Assembly: GCA_004431415.1 (NCBI GenBank)
Contig: QPMI01000634.1
Location: 52,751 to 116,750, forward strand
Direction: 5' to 3'
DNA length: 64,000 nucleotides
Source: Cyanophora paradoxa CCMP329
Lineage: Eukaryota > Plantae > Glaucophyta
A program made the position numbers and the translations under genes. Position 1 is the stretch's first letter. Each line of letters starts with the position of its first letter. The notes under the pieces were generated by a model that made no database searches, was not told the origin of the DNA, and saw only the letters and a program-made list of their open reading frames with translations. Positions 12,154 to 26,013 of this stretch are shown in pieces.

Positions 12154-14539
12154 TACTCTTCTACTTTACTACTACTACTTTTTAATTTACTACTCTTCTA
12201 CTTTCCGGTTCCCGGCGATCTCCGGAGCCGTCCGGAGTCGGGGCCGGAAGTCCGACCGGATTCGATAGACTCCAATCAGAAATTTCAATCAGAAGTTTTT
12301 TTATTTGCAGACAGTCGAGTCGGAGTCGAAGTCGACGTCGGACTTTCGTGGTTCCTTTTCGTTTGTTTTTCTCACTTTTCTTCTTGAGGATCCAATCCAA
12401 ATACGGTACAAGTCCACACTAGTACCCTAGACGTAGTACCGTTAGTAGTGGTCCGTTACCGTAGACAGGTCCGTAGTCCCCGACTCCCCGCCCAAGGGGA
12501 GGCTGGGGAGCAGGGTACCTGTGTTTTTAAAGCGAAAACAACATAAACTAATTTATAAGCAAAAAAAGTGTTAATCTTCAAGGCGCTAGGCGCCTTCGAT
12601 TTTTCCTGCGAGTTTGGCAACCGGTAAAGCCTTCGTCGAGGAACTTCGGAAGGTGCAAACCAGAACCTTCTGCAGCTAAGATTTTGGACTGCGGGGGATG
12701 CGTTATAAGCACTGAGCGAGGAGAAGATCTAGATCATCTCAAAAAAAAGCGAAAATCCGCAAAACGAGCTCGGGTCATGTTGATCTAGATCTGACGACGT
12801 GAGCCTACCCCCCCTCCCCCCCGATTTCTGTCGTTTATGTGGCACTGGGTTTTGTATATATGTAGTGGCACAAAGCACTGAGTCAGTCCAGTGGCGGGCA
12901 CTGGCGGCCACGTGCACTGCACTGCACTGGCAGCTAGCGCTGGCCCATGGCCAGTGGCGGGCCGGGGTGGCGCCCTTTTGCCGCAATTAACTTAGTAGTA
13001 GTAATTGCAAGTCCCGCATGCGCAGCTACTAGGCTAGTACCGTTACTACCGTATACCGTAGTACGGCACTAGTACTGGCCTGCATGCGCAAGGTGGCTGC
13101 AACTAGTACTAGGCTGAGTCTACTAGGCTAGTACTACGGTACGGACGGTAACGGACCGTACGTAAATACGGTCCGTACCGCCGGGCCGTACATTGCCCGA
13201 GCCTATAGGCGGCTCTGACCATGGGCGACATATAGCTATCCGCTGTTGCCAGGATCGGGTGAAAAGTTATCGTTACCCTTACTAAGTTACGCATGCCCGG
13301 CCCACGCATATATATAAATAAATAAGGCCACTAGTACTGGCCATATGCATGGGGGCCACTCGTACGTATACTCGAGCTCCCCACTCCAGCTCTCTGCGTG
13401 CCCACGCATACGCGCGCGCAGCTGCTCCGGTCCACCTAGGCCTCAGGCCTGTCACTGCTCGAGCTCCATATCGACATCGGCCCTTATATGCGTATCCATT
13501 GCAATATATATTAATCATTGATCATGAATTGCCCCCGTCCCATGCATATATATGTATATCCCTCCTGCTCCAGTGCCACGCCCCCGCCCTCCGGCTCCAT
13601 GATCGTATCCAGCGCCCCGTCGACGTCCCCGCCGTCCGGCTCAAGCGCTCCGCCCCGGCCCCGCCCTCGAGCTCCGCGGCCGGCTCCAGCGCCCCGCCCC
13701 GGCCCGGCCCGCCCTCCGGCTCCAGTGCGCATGCCCCGCCCCGCCCCCGGGCCCGGCCCCGGCTTCAACGCCCCGCCGGCGCCCCGCCCGCCACCCCCCC
13801 CCCCCCCTCCCCCTTCCCCCGGCCGCGGCCCCTTCGAATTCAGGACCAAGGACAACTCTCCTCCTATAGCTAGACCCTCCAACGCTCCATGGCCATATGC
13901 ATGGCCAGCTCGATCGCGGATAGCTAGGATAGGATATATATAGCAGGACGTCTTCCCTCTATGCCGCAGAGTCTCAAAGCTAGCCTAGGCGCCCCCGGCC
14001 GCGGGCCCCCCCATGGCCAGTCGACGTCGGCGACTTGGACGGGGCGCGCGGCTGTTGTTGTCATTGCGCCGGCCGACCATGGAATCTAGCTATAGATCTT
14101 TTTTATTATAATTAAGCTTTCCTCTTCTCCTCCTCCTACGTAATATAACCTACCTACCTCCTACCTCCTCGGCAAGCTTAATAAACTATATATATAGCTA
14201 GTATACGTAAGATCTATAGCTAGACGTCGACGTCGGCAAGGTCCGGTTAATTATATAAGCAATAAGCTTAAGAGTTATGAATTCGAAGAGGAGGGATCAG
14301 GCGAAGCCTCTTTCTCAAACCCAAAAACCGCCGATATAAATTCCTTTTTTAACCTTTTTTTCCACTCAAGATCCCCCCTGCTAAATAATTTCCGCGTCGC
14401 ACTCCCTCGAGGACGAATTATTAATTCTGCCTCGACACGGACGCGATTGCCGCTAATGACTCAGCTACCCTAACCCCCACAGACCTCTCTAGATCCATTT
14501 TTAGCGTCGTGGCTCCCCTAAGACGACCGCTCGCCCGTG

Positions 14540-15200
14540 GGCGTCGCGCGAAAATCGAATTTCCCTCTGGATCAATTCCGGTACTTAACCTCCGACAAAT
14601 GCAGTCCGAGTCAGAAGGTGGGACCCGGTCCCGCCCGGTCCCGCGACGAAATCGCGCCAGGGACGCCCCAGAACGATACAGAATGCCGCGCGAGGGCGAG
14701 CGCATCGCCGCAAGCTCGATTTCAAGCGCCGTCGACGCTCCAGTGCGAAGAGTCGGCCGAAAATTTGATCCAGCGCTAGCCGGTCCCGCCGGTCCGCGAC
14801 GCGCGCAATCGATGCGTACTGGCGCGCATGGACATAGCAGGGCCTGCGCACCCCGAAATCCGCTTTTCGGAGCCGGAACAGCGCAGGAAGGTACCCGACG
14901 GCCAAAATTCGATCCTGCACGCGCCCTGACATCTTTCCGCGCGCCCACGCCGCGGCGCATGCGCGGAACGATAGCATAAGCATTTAAGATGTAGGCAAAG
15001 TCTTCCGCACGCTTTGCGTATGCGACGGGCCGCGAGGACCCAGCCGACCCCGAAAATTCGATCCTGCATGGACCTGCACATCTTTCCGCGCGCCCTCGCC
15101 TCGAGCTCCGCAGCCCCGCACATCGATGCTATAGCTATATGCATTCAAGATTCTGTTTAAGCGATTCGCAAGCTCTGTGCATGCGCCTGGCCGCGAGAAC
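14540..15200. repeat. Degenerate tandem repeat with ~150-bp period
   Basis: Recurrent AAAATTCGATCCTGCA...ACATCTTTCCGCGCGCC at ~14904 and ~15053, with weaker copies at ~14760 and ~14551. Confidence 0.45.
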
Positions 15201-16251
15201 CTTGCCCTCCCGGCCTCCCTCTCAACAATATTATATATAATTCATCTCCTCTAATCTCAACCTGCTCCGGCCTCCCTTTATTTCCTCAGTACATTAATAT
15301 TCCTCTAGTTATATTCCTCTAGCCGGCCAGCGGTAGCTGGACTGGCCGTCAGCCGGCCAGCTTCCAACCAGAAAGCTGTTCGCGATCGGCCAGGCCGCTG
15401 GCCAGTGCCCTATAGGCCTACTGTGACAGCCGCGAGGGCGTCCGCGAGGCTTCGCCGTACTTAGTGCTCCGCAGGAGCACGGATCTTGTCCGGAGCTAGC
15501 GCTGCTGTTTACCAAAAATTCCCTTTGGATCTTCTAGATCTCCTCCTCCCACCTTGGCGTTTTTATGCATTTATATATATATGGCCAGACTCTGATCATT
15601 AGCTCGAGATCATGATCAGCTGCGCATGCGCATGCAACGACCGAAGAGCTCGAGTGTCTCAAGGATTCAACGGTTGGCCATGTGTGTCGACTCACCCGGC
15701 CCGCCCTATCGACCTGGCATGGCCAGCGGCTTATTATTCTGCAGTATGCGCATGCGAAAACGATAATGCGTGCAGAATTAATATTCGTCAAAATGATCAT
15801 CATAATAGTGATAATGATGTGATAACGATGACGATTTTTGGGTGACGATTTTTCTTTTTGTTTTTCGTTAACGTTTTCTTCAGTCTTTGTTTCTTGTTTT
15901 TGTCTTCTCGACAAACAAAAAGAACCAAAAAAAGTCTCCAGTCGATTTGTTTTTTCCAGAACTGTCCACTGAGTCTCGTCGACGGTGGCCGTTGGGCCGG
16001 TGGCCCGTCGACGTCGACGTCGCGCACGGTCGCGGCGTCGCCCGGTCGCCGGGCCGTCGGTGGACCAACCCTTCGTATACTATATATATATAACTGATAT
16101 ATATAGCTATAGTACTGCGCGATTCCCTTAATCATCAGCTAGCTATATAGCGCTAGCGCTTCATGATATATCGATCAGCCGGGTCCGGGGCCCGAGCTCG
16201 AGGACCTCGGGCTTCGAATTCTGCGGCCGCCTTCGGCGCCGGCTTCCTTCG

Positions 16252-16622
16252 TTTTTTGCAAGAATGGACGTCGCATTGATACACCACGGCACATGTATCA
16301 ATGTTCTACGTGACGTGCCCTTCCGACCGGTCATCTAGCTAGTCAGTGATGCTAGATAGGTGCCGGCCTTGGGTCGCTCAATATGGGAGGTTCGCCTGAA
16401 TGGGGGATCCGGAGACATGGTTTTCGGTGATATCCGTAGCCAGTCCCACGCGCCCACCCCTTGATCAACTCCTCCATCCCTCATGAGCCCTGGAAGTACT
16501 AGTGGAAAGTTCCGCAGTCCGCCGCCCTCCTTCGCCGTCGCTCCACCGCCCCTCCGTCTCCCCTTTCCGCCTCCCTCCTCCTCCTCACCTGCGCCCCAGG
16601 ACCCCGATTAGTCGGTGTCCCG
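16252..16622 (-). mobile_element. Poly(A)-tailed retroposon (SINE or 5'-truncated LINE 3' end) with 18-bp TSD
   Basis: Direct repeat CGGCGCCGGCTTCCTTCG at 16234-16251 and 16623-16640. T-run at 16252-16257. The 3' ~120 bp are shared with 32758-32882 and 62518-62611. Confidence 0.8.
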
Positions 16623-16899
16623 CGGCGCCGGCTTCCTTCGCACCGGATCCGGAGATCTAGACATCCGATGATCCGCGCCTGAAATTCGCCGGCGCCCGGG
16701 CATTCACCGGTACCTTCCGAAGTTCAGCTTCGATAATTATAATCTGCGCCTCGGCTATCGCGACCGTCGGACGTCGAACCCGCTATGTACACCGCTCTCA
16801 TCTGCTTTGCCTTTTTAAATCCCGAGTCCGCTCATGATCATGATCATTTCGTGCAATTGCAAGCGCTCTAGATTTGCCGACTCTCTTTTTGCCCGACGC

Positions 16900-18240
16900 C
16901 ACGTGCACCTCCATGCCAGCGCCTCCAATCCGGATCCTCGAGCTCCGGATCCGGGGCACGCGCACGGGCCGGGGAGTACGCGTGCGGGGACGTCGACGAG
17001 GAGCAGGCAGCGGGGCGCCTCCGGCGCCTCCGGATCCGGGGCAGTACGGGGACGAGATCTAGAGGAGCAGGCGGCGGGCCGGGGCGGCTGAGCATCCGGG
17101 CGGGGCTCGACGTGGTGGCCCTCGATCTCGAGGAGGGCTACCGCCCGACGAGATTTTAGGTGAAAATGCAGTGGAGAGCACTAGGCGTGCCCGCGGAAGC
17201 GGGCAGTGTCCCCTCTAGCCGTACCGGAGATCGCGCAGCGTGCAAACACGGACCGTGGCCTGGTCGGTTCCCACGCTCTGCTACTGGCGGGCCTTGCGAT
17301 CGAGGCCTAGGCCTGATCCTGATTATGATCATGATCATGAGGGGACTCCGCCGCCGCCGCTCCGCCACGTGGCCCCGGGCCCGGCGCCCCGTACGCCTCG
17401 TCGCCGCGATCGGACAGGCCAATGGCCGCCTGTCCCCGCGGCCGTCTCCTGCGAAGTTCGCGCTCTGGCCTAAAAGCTTCGCGCTCTGGCCGAACTTCGT
17501 CTTCGCCGGGGCGGCTGCGGGAGGAGGTGTACGTGGTGGCGAGGGGCCATGGCCATATGCATAGGCCGGGTTCGCCTCCGATCGCGAGCTCGAGAGGTCG
17601 GCCGCGGCGGCGCCGGCGCGCGGCTGCGCATGCGGCGGCGGGAGCGCGCGGGAGCGGGTCGGGCCGGGCTGGGGGCGAGGCGCCGGCGGGCGCTGGGGGA
17701 GTTTTCACTGCGGCAGCTCGCGGAGGCGGCCCGCGGCGGAGGCGCGGGCCCGTCCCTCGATCGCGAGCTCGAGCTGGATCTTGATCGCGGAAGGCGCCGC
17801 GCCGTGGAGGAAGCGAGGCCGGCGCTAGGCCGTCGCGATCGCGCAATTGGCCACGGTCGACCTCCGACAATTGCAAGCCCGAAATCGAAGGAGAAGCGCT
17901 AGCAGCAGGATGCGTCAGCGCCGGCGGGGCCGGCGGGCCCGGGGGAGGCCGCTGATCACGAGGCCGCGGAGCCTCCGGTGGTGCGAAGGGAGAGAGGGAC
18001 GCCGATCGATATCGCGAGCAGCTGCAGGTGATCATGAGGAGATGCATATGGCGCTGCTGGTGCTCCTGATGGCCATGGCCGGCCTCGACCCGGAGCCGAT
18101 CGCGAGCGGTTTTCCTCGTGTCACTGTGTTTACTCGAGCTCCAGATATCGATGAAGATATCGATATCGATGCATTTGAGACTGATCTCGAGGCTCCGCAT
18201 GCCGCAGTGCTTCGAGCTTCTCAGCTCACATTGATCTAGA
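16900..18240 (+). pseudogene. Probable decayed gene remnant filled with short palindromic insertions
   Basis: Protein-like fragments (FALWPNFVFAG; LGEFSLRQLAEAARG; MALLVLLMAMAGLDPEPIASGFP) are interspersed with GATATCGAT/TCATGATCA motifs. No coherent gene model. Confidence 0.25.
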
Positions 18241-19049
18241 TCTATAGCTATAGCTATAGCTAGATCTAGATCTGCAGCCTGGCAGGCCTAGGCCCAATTA
18301 AGGATGCACAGCAAACGGCCCATATGCCTCTTCTGAATCTTCTTAACTTGAGCGCTTCTCTTGAATTTGTTCTCTTGAATTGAGCGCACAAGTTTAAGTT
18401 TATAAGGCTTATCACGAGAATGGAAACGCTGGATGGTGCACGTAAAAGGGGGAGCAATGGCAACATGTAAAGCGCCTGCATATCAGCGCCTATGATCATG
18501 AAGTGAACAGTGATGAATAATCGGCTGCAGCGTCTCAGAGTCTGGCTGTATCGAAATGCGCATGCATATGCCTCGCGAGCTCGATCGCGAGCGATTGATC
18601 CTCGTCCTCGTCGCCGAGGGGGACGGGGAACCAGCCGGCGCCGCCCCCCGCCCCCGGCCCCCGCGCCCCCCGCCCCGGCCCCAGCGCCGGGCCCCGCGCC
18701 TGACCCTAAGCTCGGGCCTGCCTCATGATCAGCCTCCGGTTCCGTCCCAGCGCCTACGCGTGTCGGGGCCGGGGCGGAGGGCGAGGCGGGGCAACCTGGG
18801 GCGGCGGCGGCGGGGGGGGGGGGGGGGGGGGGCGGGGGCGCATGGCGAAGGGGCTCGGCCCGCCACCGCCCCCGCCCACCCCGGCCCAGCGCCCCGCCCC
18901 AAGCTCGGGCCGGCCCCCGCCTCCGGCTCCGCCCCGGCGCCCTGCGCGGCCGGGTCGGGGCCGGGGGCGGGGCGGGAGGGCGTCCTCGGGCGAGGGGCGC
19001 ACGCCGAAGGGGCTCGGCCCCAGGTCCAGCCGCCCGCGCCCGCGCCCCG

Positions 19050-19875
19050 CTAGAGCTCCTCCCCACCGCCCCATCCGCTCCCTGTACCCCGGGCCGTCAG
19101 GCGGCGCCCCCGCGGCGGGCGCGCGGGGGTGCGCGTGCACGCCTCTCGGGGGGCGCCCGGGGGGCCGAGAGGGGCCCCCTGCGCCGCGGGCCGCGTCACG
19201 GGCCGGGGGGGAGGTCCGGTACCCCATTCCCTCGGCCGGGGTACCCCCGCACCGGGCGGAGAGGTTGTAGAGGAGGCCCGTCTCGCGGCTGCGGAACGCC
19301 TTCTCGAGGGGGTCGTCCCCCTTGCCTGCGGGGTTACGCGCTCGCTCGCCCCGGAGGGGGTACGAGCGCGCGGGGCGGGCGCGGGCACCGAGCCACTGGT
19401 CCCTGTGCAGCACAACACGGCCGCGCCCGTCCAGCTCGAGGGTCGTCACGACGCGCACCGCCAGCCGCTCCTGCGGGCCGGGGAGGAGGGGGGCAGGACG
19501 TCTGAGGGGCGAGCTTCCGGAAGGCCGGGGAGAGGGGGCGGGGAGGGGTACCGGTGCGCCTTCTTCCCGGGCTTGTGGAACGCCTGCTTGCTCTCGCAGA
19601 CGAGCACCGTCGCCTGCGGCCTGAGGGGACGGGCTTCCGTTATAAATTAACGAACGCGCTGCCGGGTCATGATCATCCCGCCTGCAGCAGCCGCCGCCCT
19701 GAAGCCGCGCGGCAGGCCCCGAGGCCTAGGCCTGCGATCGCGAGCCGCGAGCCGCGCGCAGCCAGCGGGGGCGCCGGCGACGCCCCCGCCAAGCGCCTCC
19801 GCCAAGCGCACCGGTCGAGCTCTCTCTGCTCCCTGTAGTCCACACGGCTGAAGAAGCGGAGCAGCAGGTTGAAGG
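19050..19875 (-). CDS. NTF2/SnoaL-like fold protein (partial model; N- and C-termini uncertain)
   Basis: Exons bounded by cag/gt: AFNLLLRFFSRVDYRE; ATVLVCESKQAFHKPG; AVRVVTTLELDGRGRVVLHRDQWL (typical SnoaL-like G.i..h.D.W end); GKGDDPLEKAFRSRETGLLYNLSAR. Confidence 0.5.
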
Positions 19876-20554
19876 CTGCGCGCGGGCCGGGGACCGGAGG
19901 CGTGCAGGCCAGGCGGGCCCGGCCGGCGCCCGGCCCGGGCTGGGGCCAGTCGGGTCCAAGGGCGAAGCAACACTTTTATTAAGGCAGCTGCTGGCGGCGC
20001 CCTGGATTGCAAAACACAGTGTGTGTGTGTGAACGTAAATTGGGACTTCTGACTCTGAATGAATTCGCAGGCCTAGGGTCCTTCGAATGTTGTTGTTTCA
20101 TTTCTCCGATTTCCTCCTTCAGCTGGGCACAGGCGGGCACAGGCGGTCGCACATCGGGGTGCGGGTGCTTCTACAGCTGGGCACACGCGGTCGCAATTAT
20201 GATCGTCGACGCAATCGCCGAGCCGTACTGATCACACACACATTGCAGTGAAACGCAGTGTGTGTGTACTGAACGTAATTGTCATTGCAGTGAAACGTTT
20301 ATCGAAATCTACGAAACGCTTCAGCGATCACATAAACGATATGAACTACGATTGAGAAGCCCATGCCTGTGGCAGGGCTCGATCGTAGTCATGACATTAT
20401 AGTATTACGCTTAAAAATACCTACTGCTGAACGAAAGCGAAATTGCGAAAATGGGAAGAAGACACTCGCCACTACTTTATTAACCCCTACGGTGATGTAC
20501 TTCAAGCTCGTAGTCGTGGCGGCGATGTAGAGAGTTAGAATTCGTCGCTTTGTT

Positions 20555-23500
20555 TTAGTTCGCCGCGTGCAGGGCGAGGGCGGCGACGATTGTGGCGAGG
20601 CCGCAGAGGACGCTCGAGAGAAGCGAGCTCTGTGCGCGAAAGAGGGGGCAGGCGTAAGCGCTATTTCAAGCAGGAGATCAATGGCAGGAGAGTAAGCCCG
20701 CGAACCGCGTAGTTGGACGCTGCAGAGTTCGGCCAGTAGGGCACCGAAGCGCTGGTTCCGACCGGCGTCCACTTGAAAGCCTGCGCGCACAGCGTTGGAA
20801 ATCATGATCATAATTGAAAATCTCGAGACCGAGTTCTTTATAAAGTGTCTAAAAGCGTTCTGCGGAGCGACGACGAACCCCGCCGATGACGATGGGCACG
20901 AATGCGGGCGCCCCCGTGGCAGGCTCGATGCGGAGGTCGTACTGCGGGAGAGTGAGGTGCGCGAAGTCGAATCGCGAGCGCAGGGACGAACGGCGGTGTT
21001 TGCCGCGAACTGGAGGAGGCTACGGCGCAGCTGCGGGGCCTCTGCGAAGGCAAGGGCTCAAATTCGGCAGAGGAACGCATTCGAATGGGCTGCAGTCGAC
21101 CGGGCGCACTGAACTTGAGGACGACGTCGCTGCCCTGAGCCTCGACGGACTCCTGCGTCGCCGGGCGCCTCGTCGTGCCGTCCGCGCTCATGATGAAGAC
21201 GTCCACCTTGACCCCGACCTGCGGATTTAAACCGGTAAATACGAAAGCGTTTAACCCTCAAACCATCAATGTTCGGGGGCACCTCGAGAACACCGGTCAC
21301 GGGAACAACGATGAACTCATTCGCGCCGGAACCGGTCTGCCGGAGCCTGCTTCAGGCTGCCGTGTGCAGGTGCGCTTGCGGCGAATTAAATTTAGAGTAC
21401 CTGCGGTGCGGTGATGGCGGCCTCGGGCAGCTGGACCTTGAACACAGTCTTGCCGTCCTTGTCCTGTCCAGCGAACGCTTGTAATCAGCCCATCACAAAA
21501 GGAAGTAGGCTGAATCGATCACGAGATACAAATACCTTCTCCTCCTTGAAGTCCGACGGCTTGAACTAATCGAGTGCGATATTCGTCATGGCTTGTGCCT
21601 CGCGTCGGACTAGGATATATAAATGAATACGAACCTTGAACTTGCCGACGACGACCTCGATCGACTGGTTCTTGGTGATGAACGGCTGCGCGCGGCGCGG
21701 CGGGATTCAACGACAACGACGCCGGAGACGCCGAGGGGACTCAGAGGGGCCGCACCAGCGGCGGCACGGCGGCCGGAGTCGGGGCCGGTGTCGGCGTGGG
21801 CTGATTCTGCTGCTGCTGCTGGCTGGGCGTCGCGGCGGGCGTCGGAGTGGCGTCCGTGGCCGTCGTCGAGGGGACCGTGGTGGGCGTCGGGACGGCATCC
21901 GAGGACGTGGGGGGCGTGGGAGACGGCGCGGCCAGCGCGGAGGGCGACGGAGAGGGCGACGGGGACGGCGAGGGCGACGGGGTAGGTGACGGAGTGGGAG
22001 ATGGAGACGGCGTCGGGATGTACACTGGCGCGGTGAGTGATTAGCGCCGATCGTTTAATTTCAGCTAGAATTCTTTAAATTGAATCAGAGAGATTCGGGG
22101 CGATTTATTTGCCGCTGTTAATGATCAGCGCACCCGTGCCGTTCAGTCGGTGAGCGAATACGAAGTCTGCACCGTAGTCTGCCATGCCCGATCCGGTCTT
22201 TCCTCGCCATGCGGCGTAGAAGACCGCGTTGTCCCGCACGCCAAGGCTAGTAAGCCCAAGTCCGGGATACTCATAGGTGGTCGTCCCTTCAACGGGTTCG
22301 GTGCTGCGCTGAGTGTGAATGGCGCTTTTGTGTCTCCCCCCCCCCCCCCCCATAATTATAAGCTCACCCATTGACTTTTTCGATCCTCTCTTCAAGCACC
22401 TCGGCACCCGTGGAGTCGAACGACATGATGAAACTGGAGGACGCAGTGCCATCCTTGAAGACCGAGACAAGCAAACGCCAGAAGCCGTACGCGTTCTTTA
22501 CGACGGTGGCGGACTGAGGCAATGCCGCGGTGGTGATCTCGGCGAAGGCCGAGCCGGTAGCCGACGAGCCCGTTGCATCCACCTGCGAAAGTAGATCGTG
22601 ATCGGCCAACGGCGAGCTGGAATAACATCGGGATAAAAGATAAGCTCGCACCTTGTAGATCGCCATTTTGGAACTCGTTTTGTTGACGAAAGCGACCTGC
22701 GAGTCCGTGAGGCGTCACATGCGCATGCATAATCATGAAGCAGTTATTAAGTTAAGCAAATTCGAACGTAGAAGATGGGCTTGGTGTTGACTTCTTCCAC
22801 AGCAAGTGCCACCGGCGTATAGGTGTTTCCAGCGTTGGTGGCCCCATAGTCTGGCATGCCAGCTGAAGCGGGAAATTTGAATACTGTCTCGTTGGTGGCG
22901 CCTGAGACAAGCATATCGATATCAGTGCCGGGAAAGAACGTTTGCAGAGCTAGCGTATAACGTGCACCATCTGCGGAGTAGCCGAGAAGGGCTGATTCAG
23001 GCGCAGACTGCAGCAGACTGCGCTTGGGAGAAGCAACATATGGAATGCCAATCCAGTACACGCGGCCGCCGTGCGACGCGAGAGCGCCAGGAGCGGGATA
23101 GTACTTGTAACCTGCACGCAGATATTCAGAGGATTTCTCCACGGTTAACGATCGCGATTGCAATTTTGCACAAACCTTCAATGGTGCCGCTGGTCTGTGG
23201 GCCGCCCTCAAAGTCGCTTAATACTGTGAATGTGTAAAAAGTCTTGATCGTGTTCGCAGTCGGATCGGAGTTGAGCGTGACGACGCCGATCACTGGCTTC
23301 ACTTTCAAATTGGCGTCGCCTAGCGCGAGGAAGAAGAGTGAAGATGCAGAGCCGACGGCAAGGGTGCCGCTTTGGTAAGGAGCCTTGCCGTTCCTGTCCC
23401 GATATAAGCTCGATACAAGGGCATATCTTGAGATTGTACATGTATCGAGCTTACGCACGCGAAACCGGCCACAGGTGCGGTGGTCCCGATAGCCGGAACC

Positions 23501-24233
23501 GCAGCAGCGCCCGCGTCCGGCGGTCGGGGCCAGTTCTGAGTGCCGGTGGCCAAAAGTGCATCTGCGTACGTACAAACCACATTTTAGTGCATTGACTGTC
23601 AAAGAACTCATGCAACTCATGCATTAGTGCATAGATGGCCATATGCATGGCGCACCAGTGCTAGGACCCATAACGAGCTTGCTTGCGCAGTTGCTGTCAA
23701 CGCGGTAGATGCCGTAGTAGCCGGCAACGTACAAGTAGTCATCGAAAGTCGAGTAAGCCATTCCTGAGGCAGCCGTTTAGTAATGCAATAAATGCATATC
23801 AAATCGCAGGCCAGTATTCATACCGAAAATGTCGCGAAAATTAGCGGCCGTTCCAGCTCCTACGCCGGCTTCTGGTCAGTACGTGCACGTGCAAGCGCTA
23901 GCTATAGGATCGGGTGTGGGACGGTCGCGAAGGTACGTAACCGTACCTTCTGTTCCAACCGCTTGGGTAGCGGTGGAGAGATACTTTCCAGCGCAAAACA
24001 AAGAGCCGCCCTTCTCGAGGGCATCGGGATTGGCAGGAGGGGTCGCCGCCGCTGCGGCGGGCAATCGCGCGTGAGGGACGACATCGATGTCAACCCAACG
24101 AGCTCGAGTTGGCACGTTTCGCTGCAGCTGCGGCGTTTTTCCCCAAGCGCTTCTACGCACCGACGAGCGCGATGGTGAACGAGGCGATGACCACCCTCAA
24201 CGCGAATGCGCTCGCGCGCCTAGCCGCGCTCAT
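20555..24233 (-). CDS. Secreted, probably GPI-anchored cell-surface protein, copy 2 (paralog of 6158-9799)
   Basis: ATG at 24233 (MSAARRASAFALRVVI...). Same exon order, same PST linker (21741-22025) and identical C-terminal tail ending TAA at 20555. The duplicated block spans ~5960-9900 versus ~20355-24345. Confidence 0.75.
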
Positions 24234-25161
24234 TGCTCTATGACACGAGTGTCGGCGATGTCGCTGCGCTCGCTTTGAATTTGCGCCGGCTGCTCTGCTT
24301 TGAGACTTTGTCGCGCTCGAGTCTCAGAGAGAGTCTCTAACTTGCAAGTTGGCAACTTACTAAAAAAAGTTAAGCTTGGGCGCCGGCCAACTTCGCTAAA
24401 TCCGCGCCGCACGGCGGCCCACGCGTACTACGGTACCGTAGTACGGGCCAACAAATCTTAGCTTCACCGTCCTTCACGTACCGTGGTCCGTGGGTCCGTG
24501 GCACGTTCAAGACTTCTCAGAGTCTGGCCGTGTTTACCGTATACGCAATGGCCCAATGGGGCATGCCGCATGCGCAGACTGGCACTGTCTGGGCCAGTCT
24601 GGCAGCCGCGCGCGAAGTTTTAACCATTAACCATTGCATGCGCAAAAAGAAGTTTTAACCATTGCAAAAAAAGAAGTAATAACCATTGCATGCGCAATTG
24701 TCGTTATACCTAGGGCCGGGCACAGGCCGGCGGCCAAGCCGGCTAGCTAGCCGGCCAATTTGGGCGGGGGGCGCCTGGGCTAGGCGACCAAAACCCCGGC
24801 TTGCCGGGCTGGGAGCGTTTGCGGGGTACTTAAAGAGGCTGATTTGATGGAGCTCGATGTAAAGCTCGAGTTAACGTTGGCTGCCGGCGGCATGCCAAGC
24901 AGCAGGCCCAAGCTTGCCCTGGCCAGCCGAAAATTTCGGGCGCGCGGCCCAGCCGCTAGGGCCAGCCCCGGTGCAAGGACTTGAGATTTTGGGCCAGCCC
25001 CGTTGCAAGCTTCTAGCACTGGCCTATAGGCTATATAGCTAGTTAACGTTATACCGTGCCGGTAGTTGCAACGTATAAAAAAAAGTCAGGAATAGGCTAT
25101 CATAGTATATAGCCAAGTTCGTAACGCATTAAAGAAGCACGTAACGTACGGTAAGTTACGC

Positions 25162-25561
25162 ATTTTGGAGCGCCGAATTTCGAAATCGGCCCGCCGAAAT
25201 TTTTAAAATTTCGGCCGAAATTTCGGCAAGCCCCCGCCCTCCGGAAATCGTAAACAACATATATGTGGAGTCCCCTTTAACCTAAAACAGACTGCCTAGC
25301 AATGCCTACTAGTGTGTTTAGCAGTGCCTACGGGCGCAGTTAGCCAGTCCCCGCCCCCCGGGCACCCCAACCCCCCACTAGTACTTGCCGCAGTACTAGT
25401 ACTAGTGCCGCAGTGCACGGCCGATATATCGATATTCCGAATATTTTATTGATTATTTATTCTCTTTCGGCGAAATTCGGATTGGAGGGTGCCGAAATTC
25501 GGCCGAAATTCGGAATCTTTCGGAATCTTCGGCTGGCCGAAATTTCGGCCCGGTAACCCTA
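25162..25561. mobile_element. hAT-like MITE, left end truncated
   Basis: Right end CGGTAACCCTA is the reverse complement of a TAGGGTT(A/G)CCG terminus. Multiple CCGAAATT subterminal repeats. GTTACGC on both flanks (possible TSD remnant). Confidence 0.5.
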
Positions 25562-25679
25562 GTTACGCGGCACTGAAGTAGTAGTCACTACTAGCTATAC
25601 AGAGTCACTAGAAGTCACTAAGACTCACTATATAGAGTTTAGAGTCACTTATAATTAACAGAGTCGATCCCAAATTAAC

Positions 25680-25930
25680 AGACGCTGGAAATTAGTGGAG
25701 CCCGAATTAGTGGACCGAAATCTTGTCTCAGTCCACTAATTTCGATCGGGATCCAGCATTTCGATCCCTGCTGCTGAGCTGCCTCATACAGTACCCCACA
25801 AAATAAACGCCACATACAGGCCTGAAAACGTTTTGGTCCACTAATTTCGGGCTCCAGTATTTCGCCTAATTAAAATTATAAGTTTGATATGATCCACTAA
25901 TTTTCGGCCCAGTATTTTCCTGCTTTACGG
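25680..25930. mobile_element. MITE remnant with AATTAGTGGA/TCCACTAATT repeats
   Basis: Right end ...TTTACGG|TA is of the TA|CCGT type. The left terminus is not recognisable. Confidence 0.45.
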
Positions 25931-26013
25931 TAGTTCGTATAGTTCGTCCGACTCGGCGATCTTCGTCGTATACTCATGATCAGTGTGACTGGCCCAGTGG
26001 TACAGTGGTACTA

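Noticed and set aside
18125-18195. Resemblance of APDIDEDIDIDAFE to the C-terminus APELDADAFE of the gene ending at 2440
   Set aside because: Too short, partly created by palindromic insertions, and no other alignable region.
24711-25026. Possible hAT-like MITE TAGGGCCGGGC...GCACTGGCCTA
   Set aside because: The inverted repeat is too imperfect, with no TSD and no second copy in the window.
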